Below, piece after piece: positions 8,791 through 17,765 of a stretch of 64,000 nucleotides of DNA. Location: the NCBI GenBank assembly GCA_963704655.1, contig OY969927.1:1120001-1184000 (forward strand). The letters are read 5' to 3'. Made by a program: the position numbers and the translations under genes. The notes beneath the pieces were generated by a model. The model was given only the letters and a program-made list of their open reading frames with translations. It was not told where the DNA came from and did no database searches. This stretch comes from an uncultured Candidatus Babeliaceae bacterium (GTDB lineage Bacteria; Babelota; Babeliae; Babelales; Babelaceae). Position 1 is the stretch's first letter. Every line of letters begins with the position of its first letter.

Positions 8791-10152
8791 ATGAACTATG
8801 TTGAATTGGATGAATTAGTAAAGAATATCGGTAGCTTTATCTGGGGTTGGCCGCTTATTATAGCCATTATGGCTGTCAGTCTTATTATGACGGTTGCCTT
8901 TGGCGGTATCCAGTTTAGATACTTTATGCGTTCATGGCAGTATCTTTTAAAACCAGAAGCGGGCGTTTCTCAAGAGGCTCAAGCAAATTATATTACTCCA
9001 TTTCAAGCATTTATTAATGCATTAAGCGCAAGTTTAGGCAATGGTAGTTTAGTGGGTATGGCAACTGCTATGTATAGCGGTGGGCCAGGAGCAGGTTTTT
9101 GGATCTTCTTTCTTGGCTTTTTTCTCATGTCTATCCGGTTTGCCGAAGTATATGCAAGTACTGCATTTACTGAAAAACAGGCAAGTGGGTTAATACGTGG
9201 TGGGCCAATGGTCTATCTTGCGCGTGTGCCAGGTGGTTCATGGTTGCCTTATTTTTATGCGTTCTTTTGCTTGATGTTAACCTTTGTTACCGGTAATGCT
9301 ATGCAATGTAACTCTATCGCACTGGGACTTGTGACCATGACCGCATGGAATTTATATGCCATCGCGTTAGTTATGTTTATCTTTTTGCTCTATGTCATGG
9401 TCGGCGGCGCGCAGCGTATCGTGCGTGTTTCAGATGCAGTAACACCTATTAAAGTAGGTTTGTTTTTTGTCGCTTCGGTAATAGTACTTTTTTATAATGC
9501 CGGGTCATTATGGCAGGCATTAGTTATTATGACACAACACGCCTTTACACAACAGGCAGTGCGCGGTGCTCTTCTTGGATACACTATGCAAACAGCGTTA
9601 CGTTTTGGGATTGCACGTTCTATTAACGCTACTGAGGTTGGTCTAGGTACATCAGGAATTATATTTGGCACCACTGGCACAAAAAATCCCGTTCGTAGCG
9701 GTATTATTTCTCTTGCAACAACCTCGATTAGCAACTTTGGTGTCTGTTTTCTTTTGATGTGGCTCTTTGTTGCAACGGGTGCTTGGAACAGTGGTTTAAA
9801 TGGTGTTGAAATGACTATTTTTGCCTATGAGACGACCTTCGGTAGCTTTGGTGGATGGGTAGTTAATACCCTGACAATGATGTTTGGGATAGGTTGTGTT
9901 ATTGCTTATGCTTATATCGGCCGCGAATGTTGGTCATTTTTAACGGGCGGCAAATATCTTTTTTGGTATAGCTTAATTTTTTGCTGCATGGCGCTATTTG
10001 GCGCACTTGTTGAAATGCGTATATTATGGAACGCTATTGATATCGTTAACGCAGGGCTTATTGTAAGTAACCTTTATGGCCTTATGTGGTTAATGCCGGA
10101 AATTCAAAAAGGGGTACGGGCTTTTTATGTACACGATCGAAAACGTAATTAA
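8791..10152 (+). CDS. Alanine/glycine:cation symporter (AGCS family)
   Basis: ITPFQA, GGPGAGFW, GGPMVYL, NAMQCNS. Confidence 0.9.
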   Translation: MNYVELDELVKNIGSFIWGWPLIIAIMAVSLIMTVAFGGIQFRYFMRSWQYLLKPEAGVSQEAQANYITPFQAFINALSASLGNGSLVGMATAMYSGGPGAGFWIFFLGFFLMSIRFAEVYASTAFTEKQASGLIRGGPMVYLARVPGGSWLPYFYAFFCLMLTFVTGNAMQCNSIALGLVTMTAWNLYAIALVMFIFLLYVMVGGAQRIVRVSDAVTPIKVGLFFVASVIVLFYNAGSLWQALVIMTQHAFTQQAVRGALLGYTMQTALRFGIARSINATEVGLGTSGIIFGTTGTKNPVRSGIISLATTSISNFGVCFLLMWLFVATGAWNSGLNGVEMTIFAYETTFGSFGGWVVNTLTMMFGIGCVIAYAYIGRECWSFLTGGKYLFWYSLIFCCMALFGALVEMRILWNAIDIVNAGLIVSNLYGLMWLMPEIQKGVRAFYVHDRKRN

Positions 10153-12877
10153 TAATATTAGTGATTTTTTATGGGGCTGGCCGTTAGTACTTGGGATACT
10201 AGCGGTGAGCATCATTATGACGGTGGCTTTTAAATGGGTACAGGTACGCTATTTTTGGCAGTCTTGGTATTACGTTTTTCATCCATCAGAAAAAAGTCTT
10301 GTTGGTGCTGAATATATAACGCCGTTTCAGGCATTTTTGAATACGTTAAGCGCGAGCTTAGGTAACGGAAGTGCAGCTGGCATGGCAACAGCTGTAGCCT
10401 CTGGTGGCCCTGGTGCAGCATTTTGGATTTTTATTGTTGGCTTTTTTGGGATAGCATTACGCTTTGCAGAAGTATATGCAAGCAGCTATTTTATGGATGA
10501 AAATAAGCAGGGCACGTTTCGTGGTGGCCCTATGGTCTATTTACAGTTAGTGCCGGGTAAAAAATATCTGCCTGCATTGTATGCTTTTTTTTGTTTATTA
10601 ACCAGTTTTGTCGCTGGCAGCGCTATGCAATGTAACTCTATGACCATTGGTATAGAACGACTTACCGGTTTTAGTAAGCCACTTATTGCTGCGATTTTAT
10701 TTATCACCATGGTCTATGTTTTGTATGGTGGCGCACAGCGCATTATACACTTTTCTGAAAAAATTATTCCTATCAAAGTGGGTTTATTTTTTATATGTAC
10801 ACTCACGCTTTTGGTATACCATGCGTTGGCTATTCCTGCAGCGTTAGCACTTATTTTAAAATATGCGTTCACGTGGCAGGCAGTCGCTGGTGCGGGCATG
10901 GGGTATACGGTGCAAACAGCATTGCGCTATGGTATTTCACGTTCAGTGAGCGCTACCGAACTTGGCCTTGGAACCGCAGGCATTTTATTTGGGACAACGG
11001 GAGGTAAAGAGCCCTTTAAAAATAGTATTATGTCGATGGCGTCACTCATGATTAGTAATCATTTAGTGTGCTGTTTATTGTTACTTATCTTTGTTGCAAG
11101 TGGCGTGTGGGACAGCGGGTTAACAAGCACCGCATTAACAAGCGCTGCATTTGAAACACTCTTTGGAATCTATGGCAAAATTATTGTAACATTCCTGTCT
11201 ATTTCTTTTGGTCTTGGTGTGTTGGTTGCATATGCTTATATTGGTCGCGAATGTTGGCTCTTTTTAATGCCGCGTGCTTCGACTATGTGGTATACAGTGA
11301 TTTATGCTTGCATGTCATTTTTTGGTATATTCAGCACCGTTGCGGTAGTGTGGAGCGCTGTTGATATTGCAAATGCCGGTATGTTGATTATGAACCTTTA
11401 TGGTTTAGTGATGTTACTGCCATTATTAATAAGAGCTTTTAATGCAGATGAAAAAAAACGCAAACCCGTCGCTGAACATGCTGTAACGGGGAAGAAATTG
11501 CCGCTACACTATAAAGTTGCTGCGCATACCGATAATGTTGGGCCCGGGTCGACGTTTGTTGCTATTCCTGGAACACAAAAAGATGGTACAGAGTTTGTGC
11601 AAGATGCATTAATGCGTGGGGCAACAACTATTGTCTTGGACAAGAATGCGCATCTTACAGCAGATTTGCAGCAGGCGCTTGCTGCAGTTTCTAGTTATCG
11701 TGTAGAAAATACTCGTAAAACGCTTGCTGAGTTAAGTGCGTATGCGTATGGTTACCCGGCAAGAAAATTAAAATTTATTGCAGTGACTGGCACAAAGGGT
11801 AAAACTACTACTACGTATTTATTGGAGCATATTTTAAAAACAGCTGGCTTTAAAATGGCTCGTTTAAGCACGGTAAGTAACGCAATTTTATCACAAGAAT
11901 ATGAAACACAATTAACTACGCAGCAACCTGACTATATTCATATGTTTTTAAACGAATGTGTTAAGCAGGGTGTTGAATGGGTCATAATTGAAGTTGCTGC
12001 GCAAGCACTCAGTATGCACCGTGTGTATGGTATTGAATTTGATGCTGTTGTTTTTACTAATTTCAGTCAAGAGCATGCAGAGTTTTATACAACACAGCAA
12101 GATTATTTTGCAGCAAAGGCTGCGATTTTTAAACAGCTTAAAAAGAATGGCACAGTAGTGTTAAACGATGACGACGCGTTGGTAAGTTCGTTACGCTCTC
12201 TATGTCCGCAGGCGCAGTTAAGTAGCCTTAATGACGTTACTATTATCGGCGCATCACGCGAAGGCGTGAGCTGTTATGTTGATCAGCTGGTTTTTGAAAA
12301 CACACATTTATTAGGCACCTTTAATTTGCATAATATTCATATGGCCTATCTTGTTGCACGTGCATTAAACATTTTACCTGAAGTTATACAGCAGGCTGTA
12401 TCTTCGTTTACCGGTGTTCCGGGTAGATTAAATAAATATACCCTTGAGCGTGATATTGTTGCGTACATTGATTATGCACACACGCCGTCTTCTATGAAGG
12501 CTGTGCTTTCAACATTGCGCAGCGAAACTGAGCAACTTATTGTTGTTTTTGGCGCTGGTGGTGAGCGTGACCCGATTAAGCGGCCATTCATGGGCGGACT
12601 TGCTGTTGAATATGCTGACATCGTTATATTAACCACTGATAATCCGCGTTCTGAAGAGCCTGAAAAAATTATGAAGGATATTCTTGCGGGGATTCCTGAA
12701 CATCTTATGCATAAGGTTATTATCGAATATGACCGCGCTGCAGCAATTAGATATGCATATTCTGTTGCGCAACCTGGCGCGATTATTGCATTATTGGGCA
12801 AAGGCCCTGATGAGTATCAACTTATTCAAGGAACAAAACATTATTTTAGTGAACGTGAAATTCTTAAATCGCTTTAG
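10127..12877 (+). CDS. murE: Fusion protein: AGCS symporter (about aa 1-440) plus MurE ligase (about aa 460-916)
   Basis: N-terminal GGPGAAFW/GGPMVYL; C-terminal VTGTKGKTTT, FTNFSQEH, VPGRL, IDYAHTP, FGAGGERD, TDNPRSE; no stop codon between the domains. Confidence 0.9.
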   Translation: MYTIENVINNISDFLWGWPLVLGILAVSIIMTVAFKWVQVRYFWQSWYYVFHPSEKSLVGAEYITPFQAFLNTLSASLGNGSAAGMATAVASGGPGAAFWIFIVGFFGIALRFAEVYASSYFMDENKQGTFRGGPMVYLQLVPGKKYLPALYAFFCLLTSFVAGSAMQCNSMTIGIERLTGFSKPLIAAILFITMVYVLYGGAQRIIHFSEKIIPIKVGLFFICTLTLLVYHALAIPAALALILKYAFTWQAVAGAGMGYTVQTALRYGISRSVSATELGLGTAGILFGTTGGKEPFKNSIMSMASLMISNHLVCCLLLLIFVASGVWDSGLTSTALTSAAFETLFGIYGKIIVTFLSISFGLGVLVAYAYIGRECWLFLMPRASTMWYTVIYACMSFFGIFSTVAVVWSAVDIANAGMLIMNLYGLVMLLPLLIRAFNADEKKRKPVAEHAVTGKKLPLHYKVAAHTDNVGPGSTFVAIPGTQKDGTEFVQDALMRGATTIVLDKNAHLTADLQQALAAVSSYRVENTRKTLAELSAYAYGYPARKLKFIAVTGTKGKTTTTYLLEHILKTAGFKMARLSTVSNAILSQEYETQLTTQQPDYIHMFLNECVKQGVEWVIIEVAAQALSMHRVYGIEFDAVVFTNFSQEHAEFYTTQQDYFAAKAAIFKQLKKNGTVVLNDDDALVSSLRSLCPQAQLSSLNDVTIIGASREGVSCYVDQLVFENTHLLGTFNLHNIHMAYLVARALNILPEVIQQAVSSFTGVPGRLNKYTLERDIVAYIDYAHTPSSMKAVLSTLRSETEQLIVVFGAGGERDPIKRPFMGGLAVEYADIVILTTDNPRSEEPEKIMKDILAGIPEHLMHKVIIEYDRAAAIRYAYSVAQPGAIIALLGKGPDEYQLIQGTKHYFSEREILKSL

Positions 12878-12887
12878 AGATATTATT

Positions 12888-13307
12888 ATGAACAAAATCA
12901 CTTTAATTTTTATCAGTTTTTTTTTGACAGTTTCTATGCATGCTTCAGAAAGTTTAGGTTATAAGTGTGCAATATATTTTAAAAGTTTACAGGAAAAGCA
13001 GACAAAGGGTTCTTTGAATTCTATTGCCAACTATGTCAAAAATCCTGATCCAGAGAATTGTTTTTTGCCAAACTCTGAAAAAGATGACAGTATGCGAAAA
13101 GTTCTTTATGCCCGCTTAGATGCTGTGCGAAAATTTTATTCGTTGGTAAAAAGACAGAAAGTAAATCCTGCTACAACTACATTAAGTGCACTTGCGCATG
13201 ATCTGGCTCAAAAAGATAATAAAAGCGCTCGGTATCTTCTTGAAGACCGTGACGGTTTTGCAGTAGCGGCCGTGCAACTTGCACTTTTAGAAATAGATAA
13301 GCCTTAG
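12888..13307 (+). CDS. Hypothetical secreted protein
   Basis: MNKITLIF..SMHA signal. Confidence 0.7.
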   Translation: MNKITLIFISFFLTVSMHASESLGYKCAIYFKSLQEKQTKGSLNSIANYVKNPDPENCFLPNSEKDDSMRKVLYARLDAVRKFYSLVKRQKVNPATTTLSALAHDLAQKDNKSARYLLEDRDGFAVAAVQLALLEIDKP

Positions 13308-13398
13308 GCGATCTTTACAAGAAGCGTTAAACCTATTAATCTAAAAGATATTTTACAGATATTTCATATATTCAAAGAATAATTATAACGGAGAATTC

Positions 13399-15393
13399 AT
13401 GACGGAACTCATGGCCCCAATGTGGGCACTCATTAGCGGTTTTGCCGGTCTAGGCGCAGTAGGGTTATTATTGCGTTATATCATGGCGCTCAAGGTGGAC
13501 GATAAAAAGGCATACGATATTTCGCGTGCGATTCGTTTAGGTGCAATGACCTTTTTAAGGGAAGAGTATTCAATTATAGGTCTTGTAATAGCTCTTGTAG
13601 CAGCGCTTTTAGTGGCTGTCAGTGGGGTAACGGCTGCTCTTTGCTTTTTAAGCGGTTCTTTATTGTCATTATTGACCGGCCTTATCGGTATGCATGCGGC
13701 TACAGAAGCTAACGTGCGTACAGCAATTGCTGCTAAAAACCATGGTGAACGTTCTGCATTTTTAACAGCGTTCTTTGGTGGCGGCGTCATGGGTATTACC
13801 GTTGCAAGTTTTGGGGTAATTGGTGTTGGTGGCGTATTGCATTTTATGCTCCACATGCCTAATTTCCCAGTATTATTTACTGCATTTGGTGTAGGTGCAT
13901 CACTCGTGGCATTCTTTGCGCGTGTTGGTGGTGGTATTTATACTAAATCTGCAGACGTTGGCGCTGACCTTGTTGGTAAACTCGAAGCTAATATTCCAGA
14001 AGATGATCCACGTAACCCAGCAGTTATTGCTGATAACGTTGGTGACTGTGTGGGCGACACCGCAGGCATGGGCGCTGATATCTTTGAGTCATATGTTACA
14101 GCAATGATTTCATCTATTTTATTAGCGATTTCTTCAGAAAAATATGCTGGGTTAACCCATTATATTACGTTCCCATTAATGGTTTGCGTAATTGGTCTTT
14201 TTAGCTCATTACTTGGACTAATTTCGGTTTTAGTTTTAAGAAGCAGTTCTGCGACTTTATTACGCAACTCAACCTATGTAGCACTTGTTGCGTTTCTTGC
14301 ATCAACTGCCTATTACATGAATGCTATGGGTATCGATTTTGAACTCTATACGTCACTTGTTATCGGTTGCTTTAGCGGCGTGGTAATTGGTCTTATTACT
14401 GAGTACTATACTTCATCGACTCCTATTGCAAAATTGGCAAAAATCTCTGAATCTGGTGCAGCAACAAATATTATCTATGGCCTTTCTATTGGCATGGAAT
14501 CTGTTGTATTACCAATGTTCTTCTTGGCAGGCAGCGTTGTTTGCGCATTCACCTACGGCGGTGGCGTCTTTGGCGTTTCGCTTGCTGCGGTGGCTATGCT
14601 TGCTACAGTTGGTATTACTATGACGGTTGATGCATATGGCCCTATTGCAGATAATGCTGGCGGCATTGCGGAAATGGCGGCATTTGGAAAAAATGTGCGC
14701 ACTATTACCGATAGGCTCGATTCTTTAGGTAACACCACGGCAGCTATCGGCAAAGGTTTTGCTATTGGTTCTGCAGCACTTGCGGCATTGAGCGTCTTTG
14801 CGGTATTCAAGTTTGAAGCGGGTCTTGATGTACTCGATTTACTTAATCCGTTAGTACTTGCTGGTATCTTTATTGGTGCAGCTATGCCGTTCTGGATCTC
14901 TGCCCTTACTATGCGTTCTGTGGGTAATGCTGCTCTTAAAATGGTGGTCGAAGTCCGTCGCCAGTTCAAAGAAATCCCTGGCATTATGGAAGGTACCGCA
15001 CAGCCAGATTACGAACGTTGCATTGCAATTAGTACTAAAGCATCATTAAGAGAAATGATCCTTCCTGGTGTTATTACCGTTTCTGTACCTGTTCTTATCA
15101 GATTTGTATTTGGATTTACTTCAGGTGTTCAGGTTCTTGGTGGCCTTTTAGTTGGTGCAACTGTGTGTGGCATCGCGCTTGCCTTGATGATGGCAAATGG
15201 CGGTGGTGCATGGGATAACGCTAAAAAATATATAGAAGCCGGTCACTTTGGTGGCAAGGGTTCTACTGCACATCATGCTGCTGTTATTGGCGACACGGTG
15301 GGTGACCCATTCAAAGACACATCTGGCCCTGCATTAAACATTCTTATTAAGCTTATGTCCATGGTGGCACTCTTGCTCGTGGCGCTTAAGTAG
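13399..15393 (+). CDS. hppA: Membrane-bound H+/Na+-translocating pyrophosphatase, K+-dependent type
   Basis: [42 protein letters not shown]. Confidence 0.95.
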   Translation: MTELMAPMWALISGFAGLGAVGLLLRYIMALKVDDKKAYDISRAIRLGAMTFLREEYSIIGLVIALVAALLVAVSGVTAALCFLSGSLLSLLTGLIGMHAATEANVRTAIAAKNHGERSAFLTAFFGGGVMGITVASFGVIGVGGVLHFMLHMPNFPVLFTAFGVGASLVAFFARVGGGIYTKSADVGADLVGKLEANIPEDDPRNPAVIADNVGDCVGDTAGMGADIFESYVTAMISSILLAISSEKYAGLTHYITFPLMVCVIGLFSSLLGLISVLVLRSSSATLLRNSTYVALVAFLASTAYYMNAMGIDFELYTSLVIGCFSGVVIGLITEYYTSSTPIAKLAKISESGAATNIIYGLSIGMESVVLPMFFLAGSVVCAFTYGGGVFGVSLAAVAMLATVGITMTVDAYGPIADNAGGIAEMAAFGKNVRTITDRLDSLGNTTAAIGKGFAIGSAALAALSVFAVFKFEAGLDVLDLLNPLVLAGIFIGAAMPFWISALTMRSVGNAALKMVVEVRRQFKEIPGIMEGTAQPDYERCIAISTKASLREMILPGVITVSVPVLIRFVFGFTSGVQVLGGLLVGATVCGIALALMMANGGGAWDNAKKYIEAGHFGGKGSTAHHAAVIGDTVGDPFKDTSGPALNILIKLMSMVALLLVALK

Positions 15394-15420
15394 GCTCTTT
15401 ATTATAGTTTTATAAACAAT

Positions 15421-15451
15421 AAAGGGATTTAGAGATATTCTAAGTCCCTTT
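15421..15451 (+). terminator. Hairpin terminator
   Basis: aaagggatttaga..tctaagtcccttt. Confidence 0.6.
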
Positions 15452-15470
15452 ATCTTTAGGGAAACGCATT

Positions 15471-15896
15471 ATGAAAAGAATATATTTATTGGTTTTTTTA
15501 ATGTTATTATCTCTGAATCGATTAGATGCCGCTGAAGATGAAGGCTGGGGTAGTAAGCAGCATGAAAGATTGAGAAAAATTCTGGGAATGGTAGATGATA
15601 ATCAAGAGCCAAAACTTACAGAGATCTGCTTTCTTAAGAAAAATTCACAGTATTATGCTCTTAAAGAGAGTGCAAAATCGGTAGTTAACTTCTATAACGG
15701 CGGTTCACAAGAAGTTTGTAAATTTATGTTAGATGATCAATCTGAACAGCCAGGTATTTTAGAGATAGTCGCTTTTGTTGATAAGCAGATAGGGACATCT
15801 ACATTTAAAGATACGTATTATAAGATAGAGCCTAAAAAACCTAAGAAAAAGATAGGGTCTGTTTTTAATGTTTTTAAAAGAAAAAAAAGTAAATAA
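15471..15896 (+). CDS. Hypothetical secreted protein with polybasic C-terminus
   Basis: Signal ending RLDA; ends PKKPKKKIGSVFNVFKRKKSK. Confidence 0.7.
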   Translation: MKRIYLLVFLMLLSLNRLDAAEDEGWGSKQHERLRKILGMVDDNQEPKLTEICFLKKNSQYYALKESAKSVVNFYNGGSQEVCKFMLDDQSEQPGILEIVAFVDKQIGTSTFKDTYYKIEPKKPKKKIGSVFNVFKRKKSK

Positions 15897-15929
15897 AGAA
15901 GGCCCGAATTATCTCCGGGCCTCTTTTTT
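15897..15929. terminator. Terminator between convergent genes
   Basis: aggcccg..cgggcct followed by T tract. Confidence 0.65.
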
Positions 15930-15948
15930 AAATTATTTATGATACAAG

Positions 15949-16503
15949 TTACTTTTTATTAATAAAGTCTTCTGTGAGCCTTGTTATTTCAGTAATATAC
16001 TCTTTAAGTAGTGCGGCATTTTCTTTGGCGTGTTGTTCAAATTCCAAGGTGCCAGGGAAAGGTGCGATATGAGCTTCTAATTCTTTTGCTGATTTATCAA
16101 TTTGATACGTATTTTCTCGTATTTTTTTAAAAAGTGGGTAATCTTCAGGGTAGTCATAGGCTAGTCGCTGTGCGCTTGAATGTAACCACTTAGTAATATG
16201 GCTCTTTTCGATGCCTAAACATGCTGGACTGCTCATAAGTTTTATAGAATCGCTAAATAGAGCCAAAGCAGCGTTTTTTATTTCCCATGGATTGCTTTTT
16301 TCTGTTTTTTTCAAAGCATCTTGCGCTTTTTCAAAATTCATACGCGATTTTTCAAAGGCTGTAGATAATTTACCACAATTTTGCATTTCAGACATTTTTG
16401 CAGCAATCATGTTTTCAATAGATTTATTCGGGTTTGTTTCTTTGGCTGCCTGTGCTGAATAAACAGCAAAAACTATCATAACTGCTATTAAAAGCTTTTT
16501 CAT
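15949..16503 (-). CDS. Hypothetical secreted helical protein
   Basis: Signal ending SAQA. Confidence 0.7.
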   Translation of the reverse strand: MKKLLIAVMIVFAVYSAQAAKETNPNKSIENMIAAKMSEMQNCGKLSTAFEKSRMNFEKAQDALKKTEKSNPWEIKNAALALFSDSIKLMSSPACLGIEKSHITKWLHSSAQRLAYDYPEDYPLFKKIRENTYQIDKSAKELEAHIAPFPGTLEFEQHAKENAALLKEYITEITRLTEDFINKK

Positions 16504-16615
16504 AGATATTCCTGTTTATATATAATTACTTTACCACATAGTATATTATATCATAACTGAAATAAATGTAAAGCTCGCATCAGATCGGCAGTTTAAGGTA
16601 TGGTAAAGGTTTTTT

Positions 16616-16888
16616 TTAATTTATGTCGCGTGCTGCTTGATTTTGGCTTAAGCTTGAAAGCATCAATGGGATTATTATTTCATAATGGGGTGTGGGTTGG
16701 TTAAATAATCGTGTGCTGGTATTTTCTTTACGTGCCTTTTTTGCAAGATATTCTTCAAGGGTTTTATAATCGCGCTTATTATTATTTTTCGTATTACGGT
16801 TTACTGTTCGTTGGGTACAATTGTATTTATTGTTTGCAAAAGCATTTGTAAGTGAAAAAAGAGTTAAAATAAGTATAAAATTTTTCAT
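16616..16888 (-). CDS. Small hypothetical secreted protein
   Basis: Signal ending NAFA. Confidence 0.6.
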   Translation of the reverse strand: MKNFILILTLFSLTNAFANNKYNCTQRTVNRNTKNNNKRDYKTLEEYLAKKARKENTSTRLFNQPTPHYEIIIPLMLSSLSQNQAARDIN

Positions 16889-16967
16889 AATTTTTCCATA
16901 ATTTTAAAATAAGAAGGTCCTTATTTCAGGACCCTCTTATTTTATTTGTTTTTAATATTCTTGTGAA

Positions 16968-17483
16968 TTAACTTTTTTTAGCAGCCTTTTTTGATGGCGC
17001 TTTTGCAGGTGCCGCAGGGGCTTCTGCTGGCGCTGCAACTGCTGTTGTTTTTGTTCCATATGCTTTACCTGTTGCTTTTGAAACTTCTTTTTCAAGTTCA
17101 GCAGCTGTCATAAAGCCTGTTTTTCTGGTAATAATAAGTGTTGTTGGTAAACCGCTTACTTTAAAAGTACGTGCAATATCTTTTAGTTCTGGGCTGTCAG
17201 TATTTACCGAAATGAAGTTTGCGTCACCTTTTAACATTTCAGCTGCTTTATCAAATTCCGGCTCCATTTTTTTGCAGAAACTGCACCATGGCGCATGGAA
17301 TTTTACAACGGTTGTACCACTTTTTGCTACTTCAGTTGAAAATTCTTCCTCTGAGTGAACCTCTTTGTAAACATGCTTTACTTCTTTTGCGCTAGCGGAT
17401 TTTTTTGGTTTTGCTGCAAAAATAAATGGCGCTGTACCAAGCGTTAAAGCCGCTAACAATGAATAGCGTGATAGATTTTTCAT
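16968..17483 (-). CDS. Exported thioredoxin-family protein with Ala/Pro/Lys tail
   Basis: FHAPWCSFC, GLPT cis-Pro; signal peptide; RBS aaggag. Confidence 0.85.
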   Translation of the reverse strand: MKNLSRYSLLAALTLGTAPFIFAAKPKKSASAKEVKHVYKEVHSEEEFSTEVAKSGTTVVKFHAPWCSFCKKMEPEFDKAAEMLKGDANFISVNTDSPELKDIARTFKVSGLPTTLIITRKTGFMTAAELEKEVSKATGKAYGTKTTAVAAPAEAPAAPAKAPSKKAAKKS

Positions 17484-17765
17484 GGACATCTCCTTGAATA
17501 TAAAAAAAATAATTACTACGCACAGCATACACAAATTATTATATCAAAATATATCCTCTTTTTTTCAAATTACAAATGTGATTAAAGTGATATTGTAAAT
17601 GCAAGAAAAATGAACAATATATTTTGAAAAAAAATTTTATAATTTTTGTTGATTCTCCGGTATCGAACTGCTACATTATCTAAGTGCTTAAATTTCGGGA
17701 TCTATTCTAACTGAATAGATTTTTTTTTCTAATTTTTCCAGTGGATGTCGATTGGTGAGGGATGT

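Noticed and set aside
13476-15049. Antisense and alternate-frame ORFs within hppA (and similarly in gpmI, murE, leuS, uvrB)
   Set aside because: These are shadow ORFs of well-supported genes with no motifs or RBS.
17605-17630. NrdR box upstream of nrdA
   Set aside because: Only a weak single match (acaatatattttg) in very AT-rich DNA.
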